Below, in pieces: positions 1 to 12,942 of a DNA stretch of 64,000 nt; positions within the stretch are counted from its first letter, which is position 1, and every line of letters starts with the position of its first letter. The DNA comes from Chiloscyllium plagiosum. Its lineage: Eukaryota. The translations under genes were made by a program, and so were the position numbers. The notes under the pieces were generated by a model. The model had not been told where the DNA came from and made no database searches. It was given only the letters and a program-made list of their open reading frames with translations. The stretch spans positions 1,725,306 to 1,789,305 of the forward strand of contig NC_057755.1 of assembly GCF_004010195.1 (NCBI RefSeq). Reading direction: 5' to 3'.

Positions 1-1520
1 AAGACTGCTCGAGTACTCTGTTTGTTCTTCTTAACTATCTCTTTTTACATCCTTCTTAGCTAATCTGTAACTCTCCATCGCCTCATCTGAAACATCTTGG
101 CTCATCAACACATAAGTCTCCATCTTCTGCTTAACAAGAGATGAAATTTCTGTAGTAAACCATGGTTCCCGTATGTTATCGCTTCCTCTCCTCCTGACAG
201 GGACATACCTATCAAGGACACGCAATATCTGTTCCTTAAACTATCTCCATATTTCCATTTACTGCGTCCCCCGCATTTTGCTACCCCATTCTGTGCATCC
301 TAATTCTTGCCTAATCGCATTACAATTGCCCTTGCCCCATCGGAAACTCTTGACCTGTGATATGTACCTATCCCATTCCATTACTAAACTAAACGTAACT
401 GAGTTATGGTCACTCTCTCCAAAGTGCTCAGCTAGGACTAAATCCAACTCCTTGCCTGGTTCATCACCAAGCACCATTTCCAGTGTGGTCTCGCTTCTTG
501 TCGGCCCTTCGAGACACTGTGTCAGGAAACCCTCATGTACACATTGGACAAAAACCGATCCATCCGATGTACTCGAGTTATAGCATTTCCAGTAAACGTT
601 GGGGATGTTAAAGGCCCCCATAATGACCACACTGTTCCTTTCACTCCTGTCCAGAATAATTTCGCCAATCCTCTCTTCCATCTCCCTGGAAATCTGGGGA
701 GGCCTGTGAAAAACTCCAAGCAGTGTGACCTCTCCTCTCCTGTTTCTAATTTCAGCCCACACTACCACAGTAGACGAGTCCTTGTCAAAAGTTTTTTAAG
801 CCACTGTTATATTATCATTGATTAACACGTTCACACCTCCCCCTCTTTTACCATCTTCCCTGTTCGTAATGAGATATCTATACACTGGAACCTGCAAAAT
901 CCATTCCTCACCCTGCTCGATTCATGTCTCTGAATTGGCTACAACATCGAAGTCCCAGGTACCCCCGGATACGTCTGGCGTTGAAATGGACACAATTCAT
1001 GCCAAGCTTCTGTCTGCCAGCACATTCCTGTGAACCTGAAATTCTGTCCCTGTCCTCCCTACTCTCAACCCCCTCTGCACTGCAACTACACATCAGGTTC
1101 CCATCCCCCTGCTAAGGTAGTTTAAACCCACCCAAGTAGCACCAGAAATTTTCCCACGCAAGATATTAGTACCCAGCTGGTACAAGTGAAGACTGCCCTG
1201 TTTGTAGAGGTCCCACTTTCCCCAGAATGAGACCCAATTATCCGAGTAGCAGAAACCCTCCCTCCTGCACCATCCTTGTAGCCACGTGTTCAGCTGAAAC
1301 CTCTCTCTATTCCTTGCCTCGTTTTCTCGTGGCACGGGTAACACACCAGAGATAAGAACTCTGTTTGTTCTCGCCCTCAGCTTCCCCCCTAGTTCCCTGA
1401 AATCCTGACTTATTTCCATATCCATCTTTCTACCTATGTCGTTGATACCTACATGGACCATGAGTCGAGGCTGGTCACACTCTTCCTTCAGGACTCCAAA
1501 GATACGGTCCGATACATTAC
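1..1520 (-). mobile_element. CR1 LINE fragment (ORF1 esterase region + ORF2 AP-endonuclease), degenerate, runs off window start
   Basis: ORF 1093-1560: VHVGINDIG...ISGVLPVPR...LNTWLQGWCRREGF...LHL (SGNH esterase of CR1 ORF1). ORF 259-768: GVFHRPP...GAFNIP...HFGESDHN (APE endonuclease). Stops and frameshifts present. Confidence 0.9.
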
Positions 1521-1524
1521 GTAA

Positions 1525-4500
1525 AGAGGTTAGAATTTTAAGAGTTAAAGAATCCTGCAATCTTTGCTGCTAAAAGATGAGGAAATGTGACTCTGAAGGG
1601 CTATTACAGAAAATATGCGAGTAATAGGAATTCACGGTGAGACAAAAAAACATTCAGTTATGCAAAGTGTGGTTAGAGTAAAGAGTGGAGAGGTTGTGGT
1701 AGACTTATGGGACAAACTATTAGCTCCAGCAGTACACTTACTAACGCTCTAGCTGTTCACAGGTAGGAGTGATGATACTGTAGTTAAAAAGCCAGGCAAC
1801 TAAGTTATTGCAATACACATACACTAAGAGTTTTCCTGAATGTGTGGTAACGAGGTTACAAAATCACCAGTTGAAACAGGAGAGATTAAAGAGTAGAGAT
1901 AAGAAAGTTGAAGTGTAATTAACAGAGATCTTGTTTAGTCAACTGGTTGACACAACACAGGAGCAATAGATGACAAAGCAGACATCCTTATTTCAGAGAA
2001 TTAACTGAATTACATTAGAATGATTAGAAACCAAACAAATTGTATCAAAATACTAACAGAGAAGAATAATATATATGTCGTCCGGGGTACGAATACCTTA
2101 AAATTATGTCTTAATGAGGAGATGGAGAACATCATGCATTCATGATTTGGAGATGCCGGTGTTGGACTGGGGTGTACAAAGTTAAAAATCACACAACACC
2201 AGGTTATAGTCCAATAGGTTTAATTGGAAGCACACTAGCTTTCGGAGCGACGCTCCTTCATCAGTCGATAGGACTGATGAAGGAGCGTCGCTCCGAAAGC
2301 TAGTGAGCTTCCAATTAAACCTGTTGGCCTATAACCTGGTGTTGCATGATTTTTAACATCATGCATTCAGGCAGACGAGAAATCGGCGCAAGTTCATTAA
2401 GTCGTAATGCCAGTGGATCGTAGAAGTGCATGTGGTGCATTAACTCCATAAGGTGTAATTTAGGGGTAATAAAACCCAAGGAAACTTTCAGAAACGGTTT
2501 ACCTGCCTGGATTGCACAAGGATGTACTTGAATTTTGCCAGACATGTCATACCCGTAAGGTAATTCGAAAACCAAAGGTGCTAATGAAACCTGCGCCTTG
2601 AAAACCTATTCCTGCATTTGGTGAACCTATTACAAGAGTCTTAATTGATTGTATAGATATCTTACCTCAAGCAAAATGTGGGAATAAGTATTTGTCAACT
2701 ATAATGTCTTCGTCCGCAAGATTTCCAAAGGCTACCTCATTACATAACATAAATTGGTAAGTCAGAATTCAGAAACTGCATATTTGGACTTTGTGTCAAA
2801 TTTGGACTGTGTGTCAAATTTTAAGGCTCAATTAAATAGAACTGGGCAGTTGGCTAGATAGCATTTTAAAGTGTTACAACATACAGTGAAACACGGAGCA
2901 GATTAGAATTCATAAATTCACAGTTTTGTTATCGGAAATAAGGTGTTGGAGTTACTTCAACTGATAGTTGAATCTTTAAAAGCAAGGTTTAGTGGACCTT
3001 AACAAGTTGCAAGTAAATTGAGTGAGGTGAAGTCCTTAGTAGGGCCTCCAGCAGAAATAAATCTCACAGAGTATACAATGTGAATATTCTCAGAAGGTAT
3101 TTTGACAGAGAAGGACAGTACGGGAAGAATATGGTATTGATTACAACACAGAGGGAAGAGCCAAGTTCATAGGATTCTGAATTGGGCATTCCTCAAATTA
3201 AATTTGACATTGAGGACGTTGTCATAAATTGAGACAAATTATTGAGTTAACTTTCAGAAGAAAATCGAAATGACCCAGAAGAGTTATTACTATCATATGG
3301 GGAGTTAAGTGTAGAAAAGCCGGGAAGTACTAACCTAATTATGCATGATGTAGATATAGGAAATTCTGTTCCAATAAAGCAACACCCTTATACGTATAAC
3401 TCTCTAAAGTTGGCAGAGTTTAAAACCGACATTGATTGCTTGCTCTGAGACAACATAATCGATATGAGTTACAATGACTATGTTGAGAAGGAGGGTCAAG
3501 CGACCTATATTTTTAAGTTGGACCTGCTCAGATGATACTCTCAGGTATCTTTGACAGAAAGATCAAAGGCAATTTCGGCTTACTTAACGCCGACTGGACA
3601 TTTTTTCTGTTTAAAGTCATGCCACTTGGCATGAAAAATGCGCCAGCCACGTTTCAGAGACTAACTAATAAGGTTGGCGGATTACCCGGCTGTTTCGTTT
3701 ATAATTAAGACCTGGTAATCTTCCGTTACACATGGAAGAAACATTTACAACATTTATCAGATTTGTTTGAAAGACTTTGGAAGGCATGTTTGATGATAAA
3801 TCACACAATGCGTGAACTTGCCAAAGCCCAAGTCACCTTCCTGGACCACGTTATTGAACAAATAGATCCACGGGATGCAAAGAACCAGGTAATTGAGCAG
3901 GTGCCAATACCAGCGATGAAAAGAACAGTACAACCGGTCCTGGGATTAAATGGATTTTATCAAAGGTTTCAACAATGTTTAGCAGTCCGGCTGATCCACT
4001 GACAGAATCGCTGAAAAAAAGCAAGGGATTTTGGTGGACAGCAGACTGTCAGAATGAATTTCACAACGTGAAAGCGTTAACCATTCCCCCAGTTTTGGTG
4101 AAACTTCATGACGCAAAGCCATTAAAAGTGGCTATTGATGCAAATTGTGTGTGTCGATGAAGTATTCTTGCAAGATGACGAGAGGGGAGAATGACCTATT
4201 GGGTATGTCTCCAGGGAGATGAATAATCATCAGCAAAAATACTTGACAGTTGAGAAGGAGACTTTGAGTTTGCTGTTCGAATTGCAAAATATCAGCGTTC
4301 ATGTTACCAGTAACATATCAGAGACAATCATCTACACTGATCATAACCCATTGAAGTTTGTGGAGAAATTTAAAGACAAAAATGCCAGACTGTTAAGATT
4401 GAGTTTGGTGTTACATACATTCAATTTGAAAAATGAGCATGTGGCAGAATGAGAAAACGTGATTGCCGATGCATTGTCTGGACTCGAAAGAGAAATGGAG

Positions 4501-5185
4501 ACATTCGGTGGCAGGAGTCCCACAGAGTGAAACGGTATGTAGTTTTGTTTTGGCAGTGTGATGTATATCAGTGTTTTAGAGCATTAACAATTTTTAAGGG
4601 GTTTTGAAATGAAGCTATCTTTAGATATTCATGATTCCTTTTTTTTAAGTGTGGAGATGTGACGAAGCTGCACCTTTAACAAGGTTATGCAGTCCTGTGT
4701 TTTTTTTTTCAGAGAGACCGTAAACGACACAGGTTCTAAAAAACTGAAGGTTGAAGACTTTAAGGGCCAATTTTATAATCGGGAACTAATTCTGGCTCAG
4801 GAAGAAGGCTTTCAAGTTTTAGAAAACACTTGTGCAATGAAAGAGGCATGGACAGTTCTCCCATCTCACTAATTGTTTTGTTTGTTTCTTCGGCATTGAT
4901 GTGTAGAAAGGCAGCTGAACCCACGGAAGCAGGTATGAGCTGATACTCTTTCTGACCGCTATTGTGTAAGAACTTGTTTGATTTGTGTCAAGAGGTATTT
5001 ATGGAGTTTGTTGCAGAGTCTGCAACAACATTATTAAGCACGGATTGTCTGTTGGGTTTTCAGATAGGCTAGGTTATTCGGTCATCTATTTTCAGTTCTA
5101 TGTGTTCATTCAATAATCTTGTAATTAAAAAATATTTTGCTTAAAACTGAGTGGTTTTACCAGCTGATTCTTTCCTGGAAGACTC
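1525..5185 (+). mobile_element. Decayed Gmr1-like Ty3/Gypsy LTR retrotransposon (integrase-RT-RNaseH order) with 3' LTR starting about 4658
   Basis: Integrase remnants about 2400-3100 (GLHKDVLEFCQTCH, PIPAFGEP..RVLIDC, KARFSGP). RT from about 3340 (HDVDIGNSVPIKQHPY, MPLGMKNAPATFQR). RNase H 4120-4480 (VAIDAN, YLTVEKETL, IYTDHNPL, ENVIADALS). Purine tract then TGTGA at 4658. Confidence 0.85.
2143..2357. mobile_element. Short fold-back Penelope-derived element with hammerhead cores, nested in the Gypsy element
   Basis: 86-nt inverted arms 2181-2266 and 2272-2357. CTGATGA-A-GGAGC-GTC-GCTCC-GAAA on both strands. Flanking direct repeat AACATCATGCATTCA at 2128-2142 and 2355-2369. Confidence 0.8.
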
Positions 5186-5189
5186 GCTT

Positions 5190-5300
5190 TATAGCTGCTG
5201 GGGAAATATGCAAAGTCTGCACAGACAGTCTGTCCAAGGCGAATTTTCGAATCCTGGTCTCTGGCACTATGAGTCAGCAGTACTAGTCATTATTCCACCC
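5190..5300 (-). mobile_element. Degenerate tRNA-derived SINE 5' fragment truncating the Gypsy LTR
   Basis: Reverse complement resembles the head of the SINE at 9622 (gggtgg..tagtactgctgactcatagtgccagagaccaggattcga). Confidence 0.6.
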
Positions 5301-5439
5301 AACATTTCTTGGCAATGCTTGTCACCCATTGACACAAAACCACTTCTGGGGGATGTGATGTGAAAGAAAAAGGAAGGCGAAAAGCAAAGGAAAGTTGTTT
5401 TTTTTTTTAACGACAAACTTCAAGAATCACTGAAATATG

Positions 5440-5725
5440 TTGGATGCATTGCCACCTTTGTAATGAAAGGAAATACAGCAACGTATTTGCAAACAGCAAC
5501 ATCCAGTAAATAGTGCTCAGATAATGATCATAGAATCTGTTTGGTCTGTTTGTTGATGACATTCTCTTCAATTAGAATCTTTTATGGTCTTCTGACATGA
5601 CAGATTACACCGTGATTTAACCCCTTAAACACTGATCTCTGACAATGCAGCTCTACTGCAGTGCGGCACAGACTTGTCAGCCTTCTTTGCTCAAGTCTCT
5701 CGAATGGAATTGAGTCCACAACCAG
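5440..5725 (-). mobile_element. Old Deu-domain-like SINE remnant
   Basis: Contains ttgcaaacagcaa...gataatgatcatagaatctgttt...ctctgacaatgcagc, similar from memory to DeuSINE/SacSINE-type repeats. Related patches lie near 5990-6200 and 40380-40510. Confidence 0.4.
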
Positions 5726-6925
5726 CATGAACGTTATCCTCCTGCGTGGGGAGGCAGAAGTGGATGAAGCAATTCCTCCGCAGACTTATACTCTCTTTTG
5801 GTAATATAGATAACATGTTGCATGCTTCTTTAATTGCTGTACCAGTGTGATTAGCCAAGATAACATCAACGTAACTTGTGGATTATTGTAAGTCTTTAAA
5901 AGAAAAACATTATATCACTTCCAATTCAACACTTGCACATTCAAAACCCTTTAGCACCTTGAGTAGAATGTCGTTTGACAATGCAAAGCAATTTGGCAGG
6001 GCTGCAATATTATCAGAGATGTCATGGTCCATGCAAGATGTTCCACTCAGGCCTTTCTCATGTGACATAAATATCCCATGGTTCTACTCAAAGGACAGTG
6101 AAGGACGTTTTCTCCATGTCCTAACAAAACGTAGCTGTCAACAACACTGAATCAGCTAACATGGTCATTTATCTAAATGGTTTTTTGGTCGACATTATTG
6201 TGAAATGTCAAATGTGAAGTTAATCCACATTAAAATTCATTGCCTCTATCCTCAATGATCTTTAACAATACCTATTCACCCCAATATAGCACAACCCAAG
6301 GGTAGCTTACAAATTAAGTTCCAGTGATACCTGTTACCACAAATAAAGATTTTTACTTCATTGTGTTCTGTACAAAAACATCCTTGGACCAAGTCTAATA
6401 ATTTACAGAGTTCTAAATAATGTCTCTAAAACATCAAACGTTCTACCAAGATTCATTTGAAAATAGCTGCCAAGTTTATTTGTTACCAATCCACAGGATC
6501 CACCAACATTCACCAATTCCATCAAGGTAAATTGCACCTTACACATTATTGATGAGTAGCCAAAGAATACTCTATGCTGAAGTAGTGACTCATACTTTTT
6601 ATTCAAAGAAAACAATGCTCATTAGTAATTCAAATTTTTGAAAGCGAGCCTTCCTCGCCAGCATAGCATACAGCATTTTTTCACAATAAATTCAAGGCAA
6701 GCATCGAGTTACTTACCTTGAAACACTTTGGATAATTTGAAAGCATACTTGGATGGAATCGATTCTGTTCAGCAACTTGATCATCATACTTCACTCCTTA
6801 CATGTTCTTTAGTGGCAAAGATTTCCCTACTACTGGTTATGGGGGAGAAATATATATGGAATAACAGGAAGATCCTGATCATAGGGACACAGGGAGATGG
6901 TTAATACAGGGGAACCTGCAGGGAT

Positions 6926-7420
6926 TGTGATGAGGTCTGACAGATGGATCTCATTGAATATGACTTCGCTGATTGGGGCTGTTAACGTGTTTAAATCAGG
7001 TACACCAGGCTGACAGATATAAGCTGCAATGCCGGCCATCCTGGTTTTTCTTTCTTCCTGGTGGTGGGAACTGAATAAAGATTTGTACACCAGCTGTCTT
7101 TCACTGTGTCTCACACCTGCACAGACGTAAAATGGTTGCTGGGGAAAACATAAGTACTACTGTTAGGCGGTAGTGTTGGGGAAATAGGAGGAAAAAGGAA
7201 AAAAGAGAAAAATGTGACGACGAGATAGATCAGAGTCTCCGCAGTAGAAAGGTGTATAAATAGGAGACTACCCCTTCAATTCTATTTTTTTTAAAAACTG
7301 CAGTGTCACAGGTTCTGCTTATTCGAGGAAACAAGCTTTGTGCGAGCTTAGACAGTGTCAAATACTATGCAGTACAAATGCAGAGTGACTTGACGATGTG
7401 TCACCAGCCTGTTTGGAACT
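6926..7420 (+). mobile_element. Probable solo LTR
   Basis: Starts TGTGA, contains TATAA (about 7018) and AATAAA (about 7074), and interrupts a purine-rich minisatellite present on both sides. The 3' boundary is uncertain. Confidence 0.45.
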
Positions 7421-7880
7421 CGAGAGGATATAATGCAGCGTAATAAGGACAGCATTGAATAAAAGAGAGTAACATGAGCGTTCAGTTAAGGGGAAAAGAG
7501 AGGAGTTAGTACAGAATAGTAGATATAGAACTAAATACAGTAATGAAGGGAGTAATGAGGAGAGGGTTGAATACAGGATAACAGGGAGAAGGCTAAATAC
7601 GGGGAAAGGAGAAGGTTATGAACAGGGTGGCGGGGATTAGCTGAAGAACAATAACGAGAGGGCTAATCAGAGAGTAATAGAGAAAAATGAATACATTCTG
7701 TAGTTAATAATTGCCAAGTGTGCAGTTTAAATAGAGCAGATGCAATGGAGATCAATCGTGAGAAGATTTAATGTAATGTGTGAGGGACAGGATTAAATGG
7801 AGAGTAATAGAGAGAGGATTAAATACAAGGGATGAGAGATGGTTAACGTCAGGGAAATAGAGAAGATCAAATACAGATTA
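7420..7880. repeat. Degenerate purine-rich minisatellite (unit about GGAGAGGGTTAAATACAGGAGTAAT)
   Basis: Recurrent gagagggttgaatacagg / gagaaggctaaatacggg / gagaggattaaatacaagg motifs. The same motif occurs at 6890-6912. Confidence 0.6.
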
Positions 7881-7884
7881 ATAT

Positions 7885-8775
7885 TTAAAATCACACAACA
7901 CCAGGTTACAGTCCAACACGTTTAATTGGAAGCACACTAGCTTTCGGAGTGATGCTTTTTCATTAGGTGATAGTGGAGGGCTCGATCGTAACACAGAATT
8001 TATAGCAAAAATTTACAGTGTGATGTAACTGAAATTATACATTGAGAAATTGATTGTCTGTTCAGCCTTTCATCTGTTAGAATACAGTGATAGTTTCACT
8101 TCTTTCATGTGTAAATCACAAAACCTTTCTTTTAAAGTTGCATTTTCGGGTTAACTGTTAACAATTGTGATATTGGACAATATGTTGAAGGTGTTGGGTA
8201 CCCTGTGTTCTCTGTCTATGCCAAGATGTTTAGATTGATTCTAATCTAAAAAGTGAAATAACAGAGTTTTACATAAATTCATGCAGTTTTTGAGCTCAGA
8301 GTTCTACATGAATGCATGCAGTTTTTGAGCAAAGTACAATGTAACTCTGCAAGTACAAATTCACCCCACAAAATATATGTGTGCATGTGGGTCTTTGTCT
8401 GTCTGTCTGTGTGTGTCTGTCTGAGGTGGGGTTTGTGAGTGTGAGAAAGTGTGTGTGTGTGTGTAGTATGTGTTAAGTCTGTGAGGCGGTGCATTTCTGA
8501 GTGTGGGAGTGTGTGTGTCTATAAGGGTGTGTTTGGGTGTCTGTGTGTACCTGTGTCCGTGTGTATGTGAGAGTGTGTGGGTGTAGGAATATCTGTGTGT
8601 GCGTGTAGTGCAATGGTGATCACCTGTAATGTGACATGAAACCAAGATCCAGGTTGAGGCCCTACCTATGGGTACCGAACTTAGCTATCAGCCTCTGCTC
8701 GGCCACTTTTCTCTGCTGCCTGTCCCGAAGTCCACCTTAGAGGATGGTCACCCGAAGGTCTGACAACGGCCACTT
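7885..8775 (-). mobile_element. Penelope-like element 3' end (ORF C-terminus, CA-rich tract, terminal hammerhead-like motif)
   Basis: Minus strand reads KVAEQRLIAKFGTH..GLNLDLGFMSHYR*. The terminal 7885-7970 segment matches the arms of the 2143-2357 element. GT-rich microsatellite at about 8378-8608. Confidence 0.75.
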
Positions 8776-9621
8776 AAGTTGTTGTCAAAATAATAACTTG
8801 TAGAATTAAATGATTTATAAAGGAACAAAGAATACATTGTGAGGAGCTAAAATGAACCGTCCGCGACTGTCTTGTATTATATCATAATAATATTGTTTCA
8901 GCTCTGAGAAAAAAACAATAAATGCAAAGATAGGGGAGTGACAATGAGGCGAACCTGAGAGAGATAGAAAATCGATCATAGAACAATACAGCGCAGAACA
9001 GGCCCTTCAGCCCTCAATGGTGCGCCGACCTGTGAACTACTCTAAGCCCATCTATCCACACTATCCTATTATAATCCATGGGCTCATCCAAGGATTGTTT
9101 GAATCTTCCTAATGTGGCTGAGGTAACGACATTGGCAGGCAGGACGTTCCATGTCCTTACCAGTCTCTGAGTAAAGAATCTGCCTCAGACATCTGTCTTA
9201 AATCTATCACCCCATAAATTTTTAGCTATACTCCCTCTTACAAGCTGACATCATCATTCTAGGAAAAGACTATCACTCCCTACCCTATCTAATCCTCTGA
9301 TCATTTTGTATGTCACTATCAAATCCCCTTGCAGCCTTCTTATTTGCACTGAGAACAGAGCCAAAATTCCAAATGCGGCCAGACTAGCATTTTGTATAGT
9401 TGAAACATGACATTATAGCTCCGGATCTCAATCCCTCTATGAAGAAAACAAACCTAACACATCATGTACCATCTTAACAGCACTATCAACCCAGGGTGGC
9501 AACTTTCAGGGATCTATGCACATGGATTCCAAGATCCCTCTGCAATTCCACACAGCCAAGAATCTTTTCATTGACCCAATATTCTGCATTCCTGTTATTC
9601 TTCCCAAAGTGAAAGTGAATT

Positions 9622-9951
9622 GGGGCGGCACGGTAGCACAGTGGTTAGCACTGCTGCTTCACAGCGCCAGAGACCCGGGTTCAATTCCCGCCTCAGGCGA
9701 GTCTCTGTGTGGAGTTTGCACATTCTCCCCGTGTCTGCGTGGGTTTCCTCCGGGTGCTCCGGTTTCCTCCCACAATCCAAAAAATGTGCAGGTGAATTGG
9801 CCATGCTAAATTGCCCGTCGTGTTAGGTGAAGGGTAAATGTAGGAGAATGGGTCTGGGTGGGTTACGCTTCGGCTGGTCGGTGTGGACTTGTTGGGCCGA
9901 AGGGCCTGTTTCCACACTGTAAGTAATCTAATCTGTAAGTAATCTAATCTA
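9622..9951 (+). mobile_element. HE1/V-SINE-type tRNA-derived SINE, full length, nested in CR1
   Basis: A/B-box head (ggtagcacagtggttagcac...gggttcaattcccg), central tgtggagtttgcacattctccccgtgtctgcgtgggtttcctccgggtgctccggtttcctccc domain, CR1-like tail with (taatc)n. Confidence 0.9.
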
Positions 9952-12585
9952 ATGAATCACCACACAACTGCACTGAACTCCATTTGCCACCTGTCAGCCC
10001 AATTCTGCAGTTTATCAAAGACCCCTTGCAACCTGCAACAGTTTTCCACACTTTCTCCTACTCCACCGACTTTAATGTCATCTGCAAACTTACTAACCCA
10101 TCCACCTATTAATGCATCCAAGTAATTTATAAAAATTACAAGCAGCAGTGGTTCCCAAACCGACTGTTGTGGCACACCACGAGTAACCGACTCCAGGCTG
10201 AATACTTTCCATCAGCCACCACTCGCTCCCTTCTTGCAGAAAGCCAATTTCTAAGCCAAACTGTTAAATCACCTTCAAGTCCATGTCTCTGCATTTTCTC
10301 CAGCAGCCTACCATGTGGAACTTTATCAAAGGCTTTGCTGACGTCCATGCACACTCCTTCAACTGCCTACCATCAGCTTGGTCACCTTCTCAAACAACTT
10401 CATGAGGTTTGTGAGACATGACCTGCCCTTGACGAAACTATGTTGACTATTTGCAATCAAATTGTTGCTTGCTAAATGATTATAAATCCTATCTCTTATA
10501 ATCTTTTCCAAAACTTTTCCTAGCACAGACGTAAGGCTCACTGGTTTATAATTACTTGGGGCGTCTCCACTCCCCTTTTTGAACAAAGGCACAACATGTG
10601 CAATCCTCCACTCCTGCGGTACTAAACCTGTGCACAATGACGACTCATAGATCAAAGCCAAAGGCTCCAGAACCTTCTCTCTAGCTTCCCTGAGAATTCT
10701 CGGATAAATGCCATCAGGCCCGAGTGATTTGTCTACTTTCACTACATCTAGAATCGATAACACCTCTTCTTTACCAACCTCGATCCTATCTACTCTAATA
10801 TCTTGTATCTCATTCTTCTATTCTACAATATTCTCCTTTCCCTGAGTCAACACAGATGAGCAACATTCTTTAGCACCTCTCTGATTTCCACAGAACAGCC
10901 TACTTCTGACTTTAATCTTTAAATCGTTTCTAGCAAATCTGCAAATCTCCATCACCTCATCTGAACGAACTCGTCTCATCGTCACATAAGCCTCCTTCTT
11001 CTGCTGAACAAGAGATGCAATGTCTTTAATAACCCACGGTTCGCTTACCTTATTATTTCCCCCCTGTCTGGCAGGGACATACCTATCAAGGACAAGCAAT
11101 ACCTGTTCTTTAAACAAGCTCTACATTTCGATTTTTCCCATCGCCTGCATTTTGTTACCCCATTCTATGCATCCTAAGTCTTGCCTAATCGCATTACGAT
11201 TGCCCTTCCCCCTTATATAACTCTTGCCCTGTGGCATGCAGCTATCCATTTACATCGCTAAAGCAAATGTAACCAAATTATGGTTACGCTCACGAAAGTG
11301 CTCACTTGCCATTAAATCACACACCAGACCTGGTTCATTACCAAGCACCAGATACAGTGTTGCATCTCCTCTTGTCGGCCCTTCGACATACTGTGTCAGA
11401 AAACCCTCGTGCACACACTGGACAAAGACTGATCCATCCGACATAATAGAGTTATATCATTTCCAGCCAATGTTGGGGAAGCGAATGTCCCCATAATGGC
11501 CACCCTGCTTCTTTCACTCCTACCTAAAATTGTTTCACAGATTTTCTCCTCCATATCCCTGGAAGTCTGCGGGGACCAATAAAAACAAACTCACAGCAAT
11601 GTGCCCTCTCCTCACCTGGATTTACCATCAGTCCATAGTACCTCAGTAGACGAGTCCTCATCAAAAGTCCTTTCAGTCACCATTATGTTGTCCTTGAATA
11701 ACAAGACCACACCTACCCCCTTTTACCGCCTTCCGTGTTCTGAATGAAATATATAAACACTGCAACCTCTAATATCCATTCCTGACCCTGCTCCATCCAA
11801 GTGTCCAAAATGGCCACAACATCAAAGTCCTAGGTACTTAACCACCCTGCAAGCTCACTTAAGATATTTCTGGCGTTGAAGTAGACACACTTCAAACCAG
11901 TAATGTGTCTGCCAGCACATTACTGCGACCGAGAAATCCTGTCCAAGTCCTCCCTACTCTCATCCTCCTGTGTACTGGAACTACACCTCAGGTTCCCATC
12001 ACCCTGCTGAGCTAGTTCAAACCTACCCGAAGAGCTAGCAAATATCCCACCCAGGATATTAATACTCTTCTGGTTCAAATGGAGACCGTCCTTTTTATAG
12101 AGGTCTCAACTTCCCCAAAATGAGCCCCAATTATACATGCCCCGGAAACCCTCCCTCCTGCATCATCCCTGAAGCCACGTGTTCAGCTAATATCTCTCCC
12201 CATTCCTTTCCTAGATATCACGTGGCACGGGTAACAATCCAGAGATAACAACTCTGTTTGTTCTAGCTGTCAACTTCCACCCTTGCTCCCTGAAATATTG
12301 CCTTTCATTCCGATCCCTTTTTCTACCTATGTCGTTCGTTCTTACGTGGACCACGACTTGGGGCTGGTCACTCTCGCCCTTCAGGACCCCAAATATATGA
12401 ACGGAGACATCATGGACTCTGGCACTTGGGAGGCAACACACAAAACGTGAGTCTCGTCATCCCTTCTATCTGACCTTGAGTCCTCAATGACTAAGACTCT
12501 TCTCCTTTCCATCCTTCCCTTCTGTGCAACATGGATAGACTCTGTGCCATAGACCTGCATCCCACTGCATGCCTCTGATACTTCC

Positions 12586-12648
12586 ACCCCCCCCCCCCCC
12601 CCCCCCCCCCCCCCCGCCCCCCACCTCCCCCCACCCCCCCCCCCCTCC
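12586..12648. repeat. Poly-C tract inside CR1 ORF1
   Basis: Interrupted run of C, about 60 nt. Confidence 0.9.
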
Positions 12649-12942
12649 CGACAGACAGTATCCAAAACAGTATACTTGTTTTTCCGGGTAACGACCACAG
12701 AGGATCCCTACACTGGGATGGACATTTTACTGGAAGTAAACTCAGAAGATGGGAATTCTTCGAGGCATAGGTAATAAATGCCTGTGGTAGAGCATGCTCA
12801 AGACGGCTCGTTAGTGTTGGAAATATCTATAATAATTGGTCATTACTGACATGAATTATATAATGTGAAGGAGATTCCATCAACATCAGATTGCTGGACA
12901 AATATCAAATACTAATTATAAATTAGTTCAGAATTAAGTCTT

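Larger units (their letters stand above)
8976..12715 (-). mobile_element. CR1 LINE, long degenerate copy with internal deletions
   Basis: ORF1 esterase (VVTRKNKYTVLDTV, VVHVRTNDIG), endonuclease, RT (KSLGPDGIYPRIL, NYKPVSLTS, KAFDKVPH, SKFADD) and CR1 3' tail (ctgcgctgtattgttctatg on minus). Confidence 0.92.

Noticed and set aside
2143..2357. DNA-transposon MITE, CRISPR repeat or miRNA gene
   Set aside because: The arms match the terminus of the Penelope element at 7885 and contain hammerhead cores. There is no spacer array and the context is eukaryotic.
8279..8645. His/Thr-rich ORFs
   Set aside because: Translations of a CA/GT microsatellite in a Penelope 3' region.
9622..9700. tRNA gene
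   Set aside because: The tRNA-like A/B boxes continue directly into the SINE body and tail, and several dispersed copies exist in the window.
12586..12648. Poly-Gly ORF or functional G-quadruplex
   Set aside because: Expansion of a short G run within dead CR1 ORF1; the homopolymer length may be a sequencing artefact.
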